This document shows positions 42,102-52,800 of a DNA stretch of 64,000 nt, one piece after another. Position 1 is the first letter of the stretch; each line of letters begins with the position of its first letter. This DNA comes from a bacterium (GTDB lineage: Bacteria; Electryoneota; JAOADG01): the NCBI GenBank assembly GCA_026417415.1, contig JAOADG010000008.1:579612-643611 (forward strand), read 5' to 3'. A model generated the notes under the pieces. That model was given only the letters and a program-made list of their open reading frames with translations. It made no database searches and had not been told where the DNA came from. The position numbers were made by a program, and so were the translations under genes.

Positions 42102-42691
42102 TGTTTACTGGAATCATAGAAGATATTGGTACAATCGTTGATATACGATCTTTACGTAAAGAGAAAGAATTTACCATTCAATCAAAGATTGCCCCTTCAT
42201 TACAAAATGGACAATCGGTAGCGGTGAATGGAGTTTGTTTGTCGGTCGTCACAAATACAACCGATCAATTCAAAGTATTAGCGGTGTATGAAACACTACA
42301 AAGGACCAATTTATCAGAATTAAAAAAAGGAAATAAAGTTCACTTAGAACGTGCGTTATCGCTTTTCCAAAGGTTTGATGGTCATATTGTGCAAGGGCAT
42401 ATCGATGGAATAGGCAAAATTAAAAAGATAGAAAGATTTGGCGATTCAAAAAAAATGATCCTACAACTTCCTGATCAGTTAATGAAATATATTGTACCAA
42501 AAGGTTCAATTGCACTATCTGGAGTGAGTTTAACAATTGTTGAGAAATTTACAAACTCATTTTCAGTGGTAGCAATACCATTAACCTTATCCAATACATT
42601 AATGGATCATTGGAAAGTCCATGATAAAGTCAATGTGGAAATTGATATCATCGCAAAGTATGTAGAAAGTTTGGCAAGACATATTAAATAG
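42101..42691 (+). CDS. ribE: Riboflavin synthase (alpha subunit)
   Basis: The protein begins MFTGIIEDIGTI and has two lumazine-binding repeats. It overlaps the ribD stop (TAATG). Confidence 0.9.
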   Translation: MFTGIIEDIGTIVDIRSLRKEKEFTIQSKIAPSLQNGQSVAVNGVCLSVVTNTTDQFKVLAVYETLQRTNLSELKKGNKVHLERALSLFQRFDGHIVQGHIDGIGKIKKIERFGDSKKMILQLPDQLMKYIVPKGSIALSGVSLTIVEKFTNSFSVVAIPLTLSNTLMDHWKVHDKVNVEIDIIAKYVESLARHIK

Positions 42692-42699
42692 AGGAAAGA

Positions 42700-43920
42700 A
42701 TGCTCAATACAATAGAAGAAGCAATTGCAGATTTAAAGTTAGGAAAATTGGTAATTGTAGTTGATGATGCGGATCGTGAGAATGAAGGAGATTTTATTGG
42801 AGCAGCTGAATTGGTTACTCCAGAAATTATCAATTTTGTAACTTTATATGGTCGTGGTCTTGTATGTGCACCAATGAGTTTAGAATGGATTAAAAAGCAT
42901 AATTTGCAGATGATGGTTGATCCTACTTCAAATAGTTCTTTTCACGGCACTGCTTTTACCATTTCTGTAGATTACAAACCAGGTTGTACAACAGGTATTT
43001 CAGCTTTTGATCGTGCAGCAACCATAAAAGCATTAGCGAATAAAAATGTAAATTCGGAAGATTTTGCACGACCTGGACATGTTTTCCCGTTGCAAGCAGT
43101 AAATGGAGGAGTATTAGAAAGAGCAGGACATACAGAGGCGACGGTAGATTTATTGAAGATTGCAGGTTTACAACCAGTGGGGTTATTGTGTGAAATTTTA
43201 TCAAAAGATGGTTCTATGGCAAAATTACCAGAGTTGAGAGAGTTAGCAGATCAATTTCAATTAAAAATTGTGAGTGTTGCTGATTTAATAGAATATCGTA
43301 GAAAAACTGAAAAACTTGTGCAACGTGAAGTTGAAGTTCAATTTCCTACAAAATTTGGTAACTTCCGTCTTGTACATTTTGTTTCCAAATTAGATGGAAA
43401 AGATCATGTTGCCTTAGTAAAAGGAAATGTAAATACTGAAAATCCGGTTTTAGTAAGAGTTCATAGTGAATGTCTAACTGGGGATGTGTTCGGTTCGGCG
43501 AGATGTGATTGTGGCCCACAGTTAGAAGAGGCCTTGAGAATGATAGAAAAAGAAGGGTGTGGTGTTCTATTGTACATGCGTCAAGAAGGTCGTGGAATTG
43601 GTTTAGCAGCGAAATTAAAAGCATATAAATTGCAAGAACAAGGACATAGCACAGTAGAAGCCAACAAACTATTAGGATTTGCAGATGATCTTAGGGAATA
43701 TGGAATAGGGGCCCAGATCCTTGTAGATTTAGGAATTCGGAAACTACGATTAATGACAAACAATCCAAGGAAAATTGTAGGATTAAAAGGGTATGGTTTA
43801 GAAATAGTTGAACGTGTACCTATAGAAATAAGACCGAATCAATTGAATAAAAGATATTTAGAAGCCAAACGTGATGAACTTGGTCATTTAATTTTGAATA
43901 CTGAAGGAGAAGAAGAATGA
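42700..43920 (+). CDS. ribBA: Bifunctional 3,4-dihydroxy-2-butanone-4-phosphate synthase / GTP cyclohydrolase II
   Basis: The DHBP synthase N-terminal half (DRENEGD) is followed by the GTP cyclohydrolase II half (CDCG zinc motif, LMTNNPRK). Confidence 0.9.
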   Translation: MLNTIEEAIADLKLGKLVIVVDDADRENEGDFIGAAELVTPEIINFVTLYGRGLVCAPMSLEWIKKHNLQMMVDPTSNSSFHGTAFTISVDYKPGCTTGISAFDRAATIKALANKNVNSEDFARPGHVFPLQAVNGGVLERAGHTEATVDLLKIAGLQPVGLLCEILSKDGSMAKLPELRELADQFQLKIVSVADLIEYRRKTEKLVQREVEVQFPTKFGNFRLVHFVSKLDGKDHVALVKGNVNTENPVLVRVHSECLTGDVFGSARCDCGPQLEEALRMIEKEGCGVLLYMRQEGRGIGLAAKLKAYKLQEQGHSTVEANKLLGFADDLREYGIGAQILVDLGIRKLRLMTNNPRKIVGLKGYGLEIVERVPIEIRPNQLNKRYLEAKRDELGHLILNTEGEEE

Positions 43921-44396
43921 AAACTATTCGTGGTAATTACTATGCAAAAGGGAAACGATTTGTAATCATATATTCAAGATTTAATGAATTGATTGTTAAT
44001 GAGTTAGTAAATGGTGCGACGGATTGCTTAACACGACATGGAGTATCAGATGATTCAATCACTACAATACAAGTGCCGGGCGCTTGGGAAATACCTTTGA
44101 CTGTAGCAAAGCTTATTCAATCTTCCAATCAAACAGATGCAATCTTATGTTTAGGTGCAATTATTCGAGGTGATACACCACATTTTGAGTATGTTGCCTC
44201 TGAGGTTGCAAAAGGAATTGCTACATTAGGAACACAAGCGGATATTCCAATTGTTTATGGCATTCTTACTGCAGATGATCTTGATCAAGCTATGGAACGT
44301 GCTGGAACAAAACAGGGGAATCGAGGTTGGGATGCTGCGCTTACAGCAATTGAAATGGTAGATGTTTTCGAACAACTTAGAAATAAATCTTTGTAA
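43917..44396 (+). CDS. ribH: 6,7-dimethyl-8-ribityllumazine synthase
   Basis: The 159-aa protein has a lumazine synthase fold (RFNELIVNELVNGA...VPGAWEIP). The ATGA overlaps ribBA. Confidence 0.9.
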   Translation: MKTIRGNYYAKGKRFVIIYSRFNELIVNELVNGATDCLTRHGVSDDSITTIQVPGAWEIPLTVAKLIQSSNQTDAILCLGAIIRGDTPHFEYVASEVAKGIATLGTQADIPIVYGILTADDLDQAMERAGTKQGNRGWDAALTAIEMVDVFEQLRNKSL

Positions 44397-44451
44397 TATT
44401 CTGTAAAATAACTTCTTATACTATTAATCCCATAGAATTTAGCAACTGTAT

Positions 44452-46743
44452 ATGATATTCTTTTTGTTTATTATCTGCCTAGCATCAACGTTATGTGCAC
44501 AAGAATGGAAAGTGATTACTTGTGGCAATGTCCCCTTTTTTAATTCGGAACTTCAATACGAAAATAATCCATTTGTAGTAAAAGGGGATACACTTTTTGT
44601 CGCTACTGAGGGTGGTGTCTACATGCGGTCTGAAACAGATGAAAAATTGTTCACGGTAGCTGATGGCTTATTATCCACTTATCGTATCACAGCAATTGCT
44701 AAAAGTTTTGATGACGGGATTTGGGCAGCTTCAACAGACAATACTTTATCAAAATTTTATCCTCAGAAGGATGATGGCGAACGAATAGATTTATTGAGTG
44801 ATGAACAATCCATTTCTATGATCCATCTCATTCGTGAGTATCAAGGAAATCTGTTGGTTACAACAAATGTTGGGTTATCACGTATTAAATACTCTAACAC
44901 ATTACAAGATTGGATTGTGGCTGAAACAATACGTGATTTTGGTGCAATAGGTCGCAATCCATCAATTTACGATCTTGAAGTTTATCGTGATACAATTTGG
45001 ATAGCTACCAATCGAGGGTTAGTATTTGCTGATTTCAACTCTACTATGTTACAATCTCCTGTTGCTTGGAATGCGGTTGATCTTTTAAGAAATCGAACAA
45101 TTTATGATATTCAATGGGTAAACGATTCTATGTTTGTATCAACGGATATAGGGGTTTACTTAATTCAGAATAATACAGCTTTATCAATTAGAAGTGGTTG
45201 GACACATTTTCTCGGCGTTTGGAATGGTCAATTGCTCTATTCTGGTAGTTCTGGCATTCGTAAAGTGTCTGACAATACATTGGTAAGTGAGGATCGTTTT
45301 ATTTCTTTTTTTGCTGCTTCTGATTCACATATTTACACCTATTATTTTGAGACAGATTCTACTTATGGACAGTATGTTTACAATGATGTTTTCAGTAATC
45401 AATGGCGAAAGTTTATTGCGAAAACGGTACCCTATTACAATTTATTTCAAGGTGCACGATTTAATGATAATCAAATAGCAATAATTGGTGGCGGTGCACG
45501 GACACGTGGAGTGTACCTTTCGCAAGATGACGACTGGTTTAAAATAACAAAGTTTAGTTATCCACAGCAGTATCGTTTTTTTCGCCAAGATCCACGCACG
45601 ATGAAGATTGATAAATTTGGTAATTTATGGATAGGATCTGGAGGTGGTGGTTTAGGGATAATTTATGCTGGTACTGATTCTTTACAATACTTTGATGAAA
45701 GCAGTGAAACAGGTTCTCATTTAGTTCCATACAGTTTATTGTATAACGAAACAGTTGTGTCATCCATTGATTTTTTATCTAACGGGCGGATAGTACTAAC
45801 AAATGATGAGGCTTTGGATCGTCAACCTTTAGTTATATTGCCTGAAGGTGCGGGCGTGGTTACAGGATGGGAAAATGGAAATTGGTTACGATTAGGTAAC
45901 GCTCAAGGTTTTACTTCATTTTTGTTTAATCGCTTAATTGTAGATCCTTGGGATCGTGTGTGGCTGGCAAGTGCGACCAATACAAGTCAACCTTTAGCTG
46001 TATATGATTTTAAACAGACCATTGATAATCCAAACGATGATATCGTCCGTGAATTCCGTTCCAATATAGGATTACCAGAATCCTATACCATTTCTTCTAT
46101 GGCTTTTGGTGCTGAAGCGATTTTATATCTTGCAACCAGTTCAGGTCTCTACTATGCACGCATTCATGAAGATTTAAATAATCTGCGTTTTTATCCTTTG
46201 TCTATTCCACAATCAAACAATCAAGTTAATTCTTTGACAAGCGATCATCTGGGGCAAATTTGGATTGGAACAGATGATGGTATTTATTTATTATCAGCAG
46301 ATGGACAAAACTGGATTACTACGATAAAAAAAACTAGGACTAAGACGGGATTATCAACTAATCGAATTAGTTCTCTTTTTTTTGAAATGAAAACAGGAGA
46401 ATTATTTGTTACTAACGATGGTGGTATTGCGATACTTAAAACACCTTATCGATTTTCTAGCTCAGAACAACCCACACTCGAGCTTTCTCCAAACCCTTTC
46501 ATTTTAAAAGGGGGTGTAAATTTATCTTTTGGTATAAATGGTTTACCTGCATATTCTAATGTGCTAATCTTTAGTCCAAGTGGATTAATGATAAAAGAGT
46601 TAAATTTTTTGGAAGCGGCTACATATGGTTGGGATGGAAAAAATGGTTATGGTGATTGGGTTGCAAGTGGAATTTATTTAGTGGTATTAAAAACTCAAAC
46701 TGGAAAACGAACTTATTCTAAACTCGCTGTTGTGAATCCTTAA
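44452..46743 (+). CDS. Secreted beta-propeller (two-component-regulator-propeller-like repeats) protein with a T9SS C-terminal sorting domain
   Basis: A signal peptide (MIFFLFIICLASTLCAQ) is followed by repeated WIGT/ATxxGL blocks (IWIATNRGLVFAD, LWIGSGGGGLGIIYAG, IWIGTDDGIYLLS, LFVTNDGGIAIL). The C-terminal ~80 aa (LSPNPF...GIYLVVLKT...KLAVVNP) match the T9SS type-A tail. Confidence 0.75.
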   Translation: MIFFLFIICLASTLCAQEWKVITCGNVPFFNSELQYENNPFVVKGDTLFVATEGGVYMRSETDEKLFTVADGLLSTYRITAIAKSFDDGIWAASTDNTLSKFYPQKDDGERIDLLSDEQSISMIHLIREYQGNLLVTTNVGLSRIKYSNTLQDWIVAETIRDFGAIGRNPSIYDLEVYRDTIWIATNRGLVFADFNSTMLQSPVAWNAVDLLRNRTIYDIQWVNDSMFVSTDIGVYLIQNNTALSIRSGWTHFLGVWNGQLLYSGSSGIRKVSDNTLVSEDRFISFFAASDSHIYTYYFETDSTYGQYVYNDVFSNQWRKFIAKTVPYYNLFQGARFNDNQIAIIGGGARTRGVYLSQDDDWFKITKFSYPQQYRFFRQDPRTMKIDKFGNLWIGSGGGGLGIIYAGTDSLQYFDESSETGSHLVPYSLLYNETVVSSIDFLSNGRIVLTNDEALDRQPLVILPEGAGVVTGWENGNWLRLGNAQGFTSFLFNRLIVDPWDRVWLASATNTSQPLAVYDFKQTIDNPNDDIVREFRSNIGLPESYTISSMAFGAEAILYLATSSGLYYARIHEDLNNLRFYPLSIPQSNNQVNSLTSDHLGQIWIGTDDGIYLLSADGQNWITTIKKTRTKTGLSTNRISSLFFEMKTGELFVTNDGGIAILKTPYRFSSSEQPTLELSPNPFILKGGVNLSFGINGLPAYSNVLIFSPSGLMIKELNFLEAATYGWDGKNGYGDWVASGIYLVVLKTQTGKRTYSKLAVVNP

Positions 46744-48413
46744 TGCTTCGTTCAATTTCTATAAGAAATTTATTATTAATTGATTCTTTAGAGATTCAAT
46801 TTGAAAAGGGATTTGTAGTTATTACTGGTGAATCAGGTTCTGGGAAATCCATGGTGATTCGTGCACTTTCTTTTTTGTTAGAATCTAAATTGACTTCACC
46901 ATGGTTGAAGCATAATGCTGAAACAGGTTTTATTGAAGCAGTGTTTCAGATAATTTCAACAAATGACTCAAAAAATCATAGTTTTCCTACTTCTAAAGAA
47001 ATCGTAGTTAGAAGAGAAGTTAAAATAGATAATAGAAGTCGTTGTTTTATTAATGATGAATTAGTAACAAGAAATGAATTGTTTGACACTGTCAAAGATC
47101 TTCTTCATTTTTCATTACAAGAAGATATCGGCTTGTTGCGTGATAAAACCAATCAGCTGGATTTGTTAGACCATTTTGGTAATCTATTGCACGATCGTTT
47201 AAAAGTAGAAAAAGCTTTTCAGAAAGTTCAGCAGCTAAAAAAGCATCTTGACGAAGTTTTACTTGAATACGAAAAACACAAGAAAGAAACTGATTGGATT
47301 ACACAGGAATTAAAAGAGTTAGAAAGTATTCAATATCAAAGAGGAGAAAAAGAAAGTTTACAAGAAGCTTTAAAACGATTAAAAAATTCTTACCTGCTTA
47401 AAGATAAGATCTTTACGGTACTTTCAAAACTTGGGAATGAAGCAAATTCTACTCGTTCTGATTTAAACAATGCTATACAAGTCCTTCATACGCTAGTTGA
47501 ATTCTTCCCATCAATACAAGAATGCGTGAATCTTTTAGAGAATGCATCTATTGAACTTAAAGAAGCTTTTATCCAATTAGAGAACATTTTTAGAAAAATT
47601 CAAGACGATCCTAATCAATTGAATTTGATAGAAACTCGATTGTTTCAAATACACGAATTAGAAAGAAAATGGAAAATTAATGCAGAAGACATACCTAATA
47701 GAATAGATATTCTTAAACAATCCCACCACCAGTTGAACCTACTGGAAAATAAACTGTCTGAAATACAAAAAGAATTAGAAGAAGCGAACACAGTTTTATT
47801 ACATAATTCTAAATTGTTATCATTCAAACGTGAAGCCGTCGCTAAAAAACTAGTTGGACTTGTCCATCAAGAGCTTCCCACAGTTGGAATTCCAAATGTT
47901 CAATTTGATATAATAAAAACTGAAAGATCAATTCCATCAAGTAATGGAATAGACGATATCGTTTTCTTTTTTTCAGCAAATCCAGATCAACCTATGGTGC
48001 CCTTATCAAATGTAATTTCTGGTGGTGAGTTATCGCGTTTAGAATTAGTAATCTTATCAAATATCGCTCACTCGAAAGGGAAAACATTTTTATTTGATGA
48101 GATTGACCGTGGTGTATCAGGAAAGATCGCGGCATCTATTGGTCGATGTTTAAGAAAGATTGCAAACAACAATCAAATCATTATTGTTTCACATCTTCCT
48201 CAAGTTGCAGCTGCAGCAGACCAACACATAAAAATAGAAAAGCATTTAGTAAAAAACATAACACGTATAACTGCAAAATCACTTTCTTACCGAGAAAGAG
48301 TATTTGCACTTGCAGAGCTACTTGCAGGTGATAAAACTGGTGCTGGTGCGATAGAAGGTGCAAAAGATTTATTGAAAAGTTTTCATAAGGAGTTTGAGTG
48401 GAGCGATTTGTAA
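46743..48413 (+). CDS. recN: DNA repair protein RecN
   Basis: An SMC-like N-terminal Walker A motif (ITGESGSGKS), a long coiled coil and a C-terminal signature/Walker B region (GGELSRLELVIL, LFDEIDRGVSG) are present. Confidence 0.9.
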   Translation: MLRSISIRNLLLIDSLEIQFEKGFVVITGESGSGKSMVIRALSFLLESKLTSPWLKHNAETGFIEAVFQIISTNDSKNHSFPTSKEIVVRREVKIDNRSRCFINDELVTRNELFDTVKDLLHFSLQEDIGLLRDKTNQLDLLDHFGNLLHDRLKVEKAFQKVQQLKKHLDEVLLEYEKHKKETDWITQELKELESIQYQRGEKESLQEALKRLKNSYLLKDKIFTVLSKLGNEANSTRSDLNNAIQVLHTLVEFFPSIQECVNLLENASIELKEAFIQLENIFRKIQDDPNQLNLIETRLFQIHELERKWKINAEDIPNRIDILKQSHHQLNLLENKLSEIQKELEEANTVLLHNSKLLSFKREAVAKKLVGLVHQELPTVGIPNVQFDIIKTERSIPSSNGIDDIVFFFSANPDQPMVPLSNVISGGELSRLELVILSNIAHSKGKTFLFDEIDRGVSGKIAASIGRCLRKIANNNQIIIVSHLPQVAAAADQHIKIEKHLVKNITRITAKSLSYRERVFALAELLAGDKTGAGAIEGAKDLLKSFHKEFEWSDL

Positions 48414-49654
48414 TTGAAGGACAACATCGTTTAGAGGGACATATACATATTTCTGGTGCTAAAAATGCAGCATTACCACTGATGGCAGCATCATTATTAG
48501 CTGATGGAATTTATCATTTTTCTAATTTTCCAATTTTGCGAGATACATTAACTTTTTCAAAGTTATTGAAAGAATTAAATGTTGATAGCCAGATTGAAGA
48601 TCATGTACTAACTCTACGAGTGGAACCGACTGAAAACAAAGTTGCGAGATATGAGTTGGTAAAGACAATGCGAGCTTCTTTTTACGTATTAGGTCCACTA
48701 TTAGCAAGATATGGTGAAGCGATTGTTTCCTTACCCGGGGGTTGTGCTTGGGGACCAAGACCAGTTGATCAACATCTTAAAGGATTGCAAAAATTAGGTG
48801 CAACTATAGATACTGTGGCAGGTTATGTTACTGCAAAAGCCAAAGAACTAATTGGAAACGAAATTGTGTTTGACGTGATTTCGGTTGGTGCTACTTGCAA
48901 TGTTCTTTTGAGTGCAGTTTTAGCAAAAGGAAAAACCATTTTAGAAAATTGTGCAAGAGAACCAGAAGTAGTACAATTATGTGAATTTTTAAATAAAATG
49001 GGCGCAAAAATATCTGGTATAGGTACACCACGTTTAGAAATACATGGGGTTGAATCTTTACACCCTGCTGATGAAACGATTATCCCTGATAGAATAGAAT
49101 TAGGAACACTGATTTTAGCTACAGCTATCACCGGTGGAAATGTCAAGTTTACAAACGTTATCCCTGAACATTTGGGTATTGTTCAAGAAAAACTTATTGA
49201 AGCCGGTATTACTTTAAACATACAAGACAACTCAGTTCATATAACACGTTTAGGAGATGTGAAACCAGTAGATATAAAAACTTCCCCTTATCCAGGTTTT
49301 CCGACTGATTTACAAGCACAATGGATTGCCTTTATGACAATTGCCGATGGAGATTCAAAGATTACAGATACAATATTTTTTGATCGCTTCAAACATGTAG
49401 CAGAATTACAGCGTTTGGGAGCAAGAATTAGGTTAGATGGAAATACTGCAATTGTTGAAGGAAGACAGCGCTTAATTGGTGCGCCAGTTATGTCCACAGA
49501 TTTAAGAGCATCTTCATCATTAGTATTAGCAGGATTAATTGCTGAAGGGACAACTTTTGTCTCAAGAATTTACCATTTAGATCGTGGGTATGAAAAATTA
49601 GATGATAAATTATCTAAATTAGGTGCAAAAATATTTAGAGAACAGGAACCATAG
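48398..49654 (+). CDS. murA: UDP-N-acetylglucosamine 1-carboxyvinyltransferase
   Basis: A GTG start gives MERFVIEGQHRLEGHIHISGAKNAALP. The active-site loop region and an EPSP-synthase-like fold are present. The gene overlaps recN by 16 nt. Confidence 0.9.
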   Translation: MERFVIEGQHRLEGHIHISGAKNAALPLMAASLLADGIYHFSNFPILRDTLTFSKLLKELNVDSQIEDHVLTLRVEPTENKVARYELVKTMRASFYVLGPLLARYGEAIVSLPGGCAWGPRPVDQHLKGLQKLGATIDTVAGYVTAKAKELIGNEIVFDVISVGATCNVLLSAVLAKGKTILENCAREPEVVQLCEFLNKMGAKISGIGTPRLEIHGVESLHPADETIIPDRIELGTLILATAITGGNVKFTNVIPEHLGIVQEKLIEAGITLNIQDNSVHITRLGDVKPVDIKTSPYPGFPTDLQAQWIAFMTIADGDSKITDTIFFDRFKHVAELQRLGARIRLDGNTAIVEGRQRLIGAPVMSTDLRASSSLVLAGLIAEGTTFVSRIYHLDRGYEKLDDKLSKLGAKIFREQEP

Positions 49655-49890
49655 TGGCTCAGTTACGTCATAGACGTCGTAGATGGAAAAGTAAACTAAA
49701 ACATTGGTTTTCAGATGCACGTTATCGAAATCAACGAAGATATACTTTCGTAGGAGTATTTGTAATTTTAGGTGGAATCATTACTGCCAGTGGGATATCT
49801 TTTGTATCTACCAGCGGTTGGCTCGTTATTCTGATATTAATTGTTGTAACAATTGTTTGGTTGTTTATTCGCTTTTTTGATGATGTCTAA
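49654..49890 (+). CDS. Small hypothetical membrane protein (Arg-rich N-terminus plus 2 predicted TM helices)
   Basis: The GTG overlaps the murA stop (TAGTG). The protein is 78 aa: MAQLRHRRRRWKSKLKHWF... then two hydrophobic stretches. It ends 11 nt inside the dnaE start. There is no homolog I recognise. Confidence 0.4.
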   Translation: MAQLRHRRRRWKSKLKHWFSDARYRNQRRYTFVGVFVILGGIITASGISFVSTSGWLVILILIVVTIVWLFIRFFDDV

Positions 49891-52800
49891 AAAGAAATAC
49901 TACCATTTACGTGTACGAAGTGATTATAGTATTCTTTCTGCGGTTCCTACCGTAGAAGAGTTAGTGGATTTTGCTTCAGATATGGGAGTTGAAAAGTTAG
50001 CACTGACGGATTTAGGGGTAATGTTTGGTGCTTTTCAATTTCAATCTAAATGTCAAGATTGTAACCCTTCTATTCGACCCATCCATGGTATTGAAATTTG
50101 TTTGAAAAGGAACGAAATTGGAAAAACTTTTCAAGTAATCATTTTTCCGAAAACTGAAGTAGGGTATCGAACTATATGTAAGATGACCGATAACTACTTT
50201 AGGGACGTTAAACATCTTCCTCCTCTATGTCTTCCTGTAACTGACTTGTTTGAGCATGCAGAACAATTTGTAGTTTTAAGTGGTTTTGAAGATAGTGAGT
50301 TTTATCCACATTTACTAAATGGTGATTTCCAAGCTGCTAAAAAGATTGTTCAAGAGTGGCATTCAATTTTTGGCGATGATTTCTATATAGAATTACAAGA
50401 TTTAGGGCGAGAAGAAGATAAAATAATGTTCGATGAAGTATTCAGGTTATCACAAGATACAGGTATAAAAGCAGTAATTACTAACCCAGTTTATTATCTG
50501 AAAAAAGAAGATGCGATTGCACTTGAATTACTCAAATTTATCGATCAAAAAGTGAAAGTCACAAACTTTCTCGAACATTATCAACCAGAAACCAATCAGG
50601 CCTACTTTAAAACTGAAGAAGAAATGTATTCTTTTTTCAAAGGGTATGAGGAACAACTTGAGAGAACTGTTGAAATTGCAGAAAAGTTGCACTTTCAATT
50701 GCAAACACAGACACCTCAAATGCCCAATTTTCCCATTCCTCAAGATTACAGTCCAGAAAACTTAGAGTATTTCGAGAAGTATGGAAATACGATAGAATTA
50801 ATTGATTACTATTTTATTGATCAAGTAATCAAAGGTTTACTTCATCGAAAAAAAGTAATTACCGAGGAATATAAGAAACGAATTGATAAAGAAATAGATG
50901 TTATCGTTACAAAAAAATTCAGTAGATACTATTTAGTTGTTGCGGACTTTATTCATGCAGCAAGAAAAAACAATATTTTGGTGGGACCAGGCCGTGGTTC
51001 TGTAGCAGGTTCATTAGCTGCATATGCACTCTCAATAACACACTTGGATCCAATTGAATACAAATTGATTTTTGAACGTTTTTTAAATCCTGATCGAGCT
51101 TCTGCACCAGATATGGATATTGATTTTGCTGACAGTAGGCGAAAAGAAGTAATAGATTATGTAAAAGCTAAATATGGTGAAGAAGTAGTTTGTAAAGTTA
51201 CTGCTTTTAATCGAATGAAGTTAAAAGCTGCAATTAAAGATGTCGGGAGAATATTCAATTTACAAGAAGTACAGCTGAATAAATACAGCAATTTATTTTC
51301 TAAAGTAGAACCACCAGAGGATTTAGGTCATGATTTAAGCATTCAAGAAGCAATAGAATTGAGTGAAGAATTAAAGAACTCTTATAAAAATGATGAGGTA
51401 TTTAGAAAAGTTGTTGATTTTGCAAAATATATTCAAGGGCGTATTCGAGGAATTACGACCCATGCTGCAGGTGTTCTTATCGCGCCTACAAAGATAAGCG
51501 ATTTTATTCCAGTATATCGTGTAGATGAACTTACGCTGTTATCACAATTTGATAAAGATGTGATAGAAAGTGCTGGTTTATTAAAAATGGATATGTTAGG
51601 TTTAACGATGTTAACTGTAATTGATGATACGTTACATTTAATTCGATCTAATCCTCAATACAAGGATTTACTGGACGATAATGGACAATTTGATTTAAAT
51701 AAAATTCCGTTAGATGATTCGAAAACATATGAATTGTTTGGACAAGGAAAGACCAATGGAATTTTTCAATTCGAATCCAATGGGATGAAAAAGTGGTTAG
51801 TTCAGTTGAAACCGAATAGACTTGAAGATTTAATCGCAATGAACGCTTTATTTCGTCCAGGACCTATGGCTGAAATTCCCAATTATATTCAGTCAAAACA
51901 TGGGAAAAAGGAAATTACTTATTTACATCCATTATTAGAACCTATCTTAAAAGATACTTATGGTGTCATTGTTTATCAAGAACATGTTATGCAGATTGCA
52001 GTGGATGTTGCAGGCTTTACTATGTCAGAAGCAGATATTCTTCGAAAAGTGATTAGCAAAAAAAAGAAAAGTGATTTAAATAAACACTTAGAGAACAAAT
52101 TCATACAAGGAGCAATCAAAAACGGTTTAACTGAAGACCAAGCAAAGACATTGTTTGATTTAATTGAAAAATTTTCAAATTATGGTTTTAATAAATCTCA
52201 TAGTGCAGGCTATGCATATCTTGCTTATTTAACAGGTTACTTAAAAGCACATTTCCCTAAAGAGTATCTTGCAGCTGCATTAACTAGAAATAGTAGCAAA
52301 CCAGATCGATTAAAGACATTAATCAGTGAAGTGAGACAATTGAATGTTGAATTGCTACCACCAGATATCAATGATTCAGATGTTCACTTCAAACCGTTGC
52401 AGAAAGGTATTCGATATGGATTAGGTGCAATTAAGCAGGTTGGAGAAAAAACTGCTCGAAGCGTAATAGAAGAAAGAGAGAAAAAAGGCAAATATAAATC
52501 ATTTTCAGATTTTATTTTAAGAAATGTTCCGAGTAATTGTAATCGTAAGGTTGTTGAAGCATTAATCAAATCTGGCGCATTGGATCAGTTCGGTGAACGT
52601 GCTTCTTTACTCGCTACTTTAGATGAAATGATCAGTTATTGTTCCAAAAAAAGATTGCATCATGCTTCAGAAATCGTTTTTACTGAAGATGAAACATTTC
52701 AAATAGCAGAACCCAAATTAAGAAATGTTACAAGTGCTTCGTTAAAACAATTGCTAGAATGGGAATTGGAATTTTTATTTTATTATGCAAGTGGACATCC

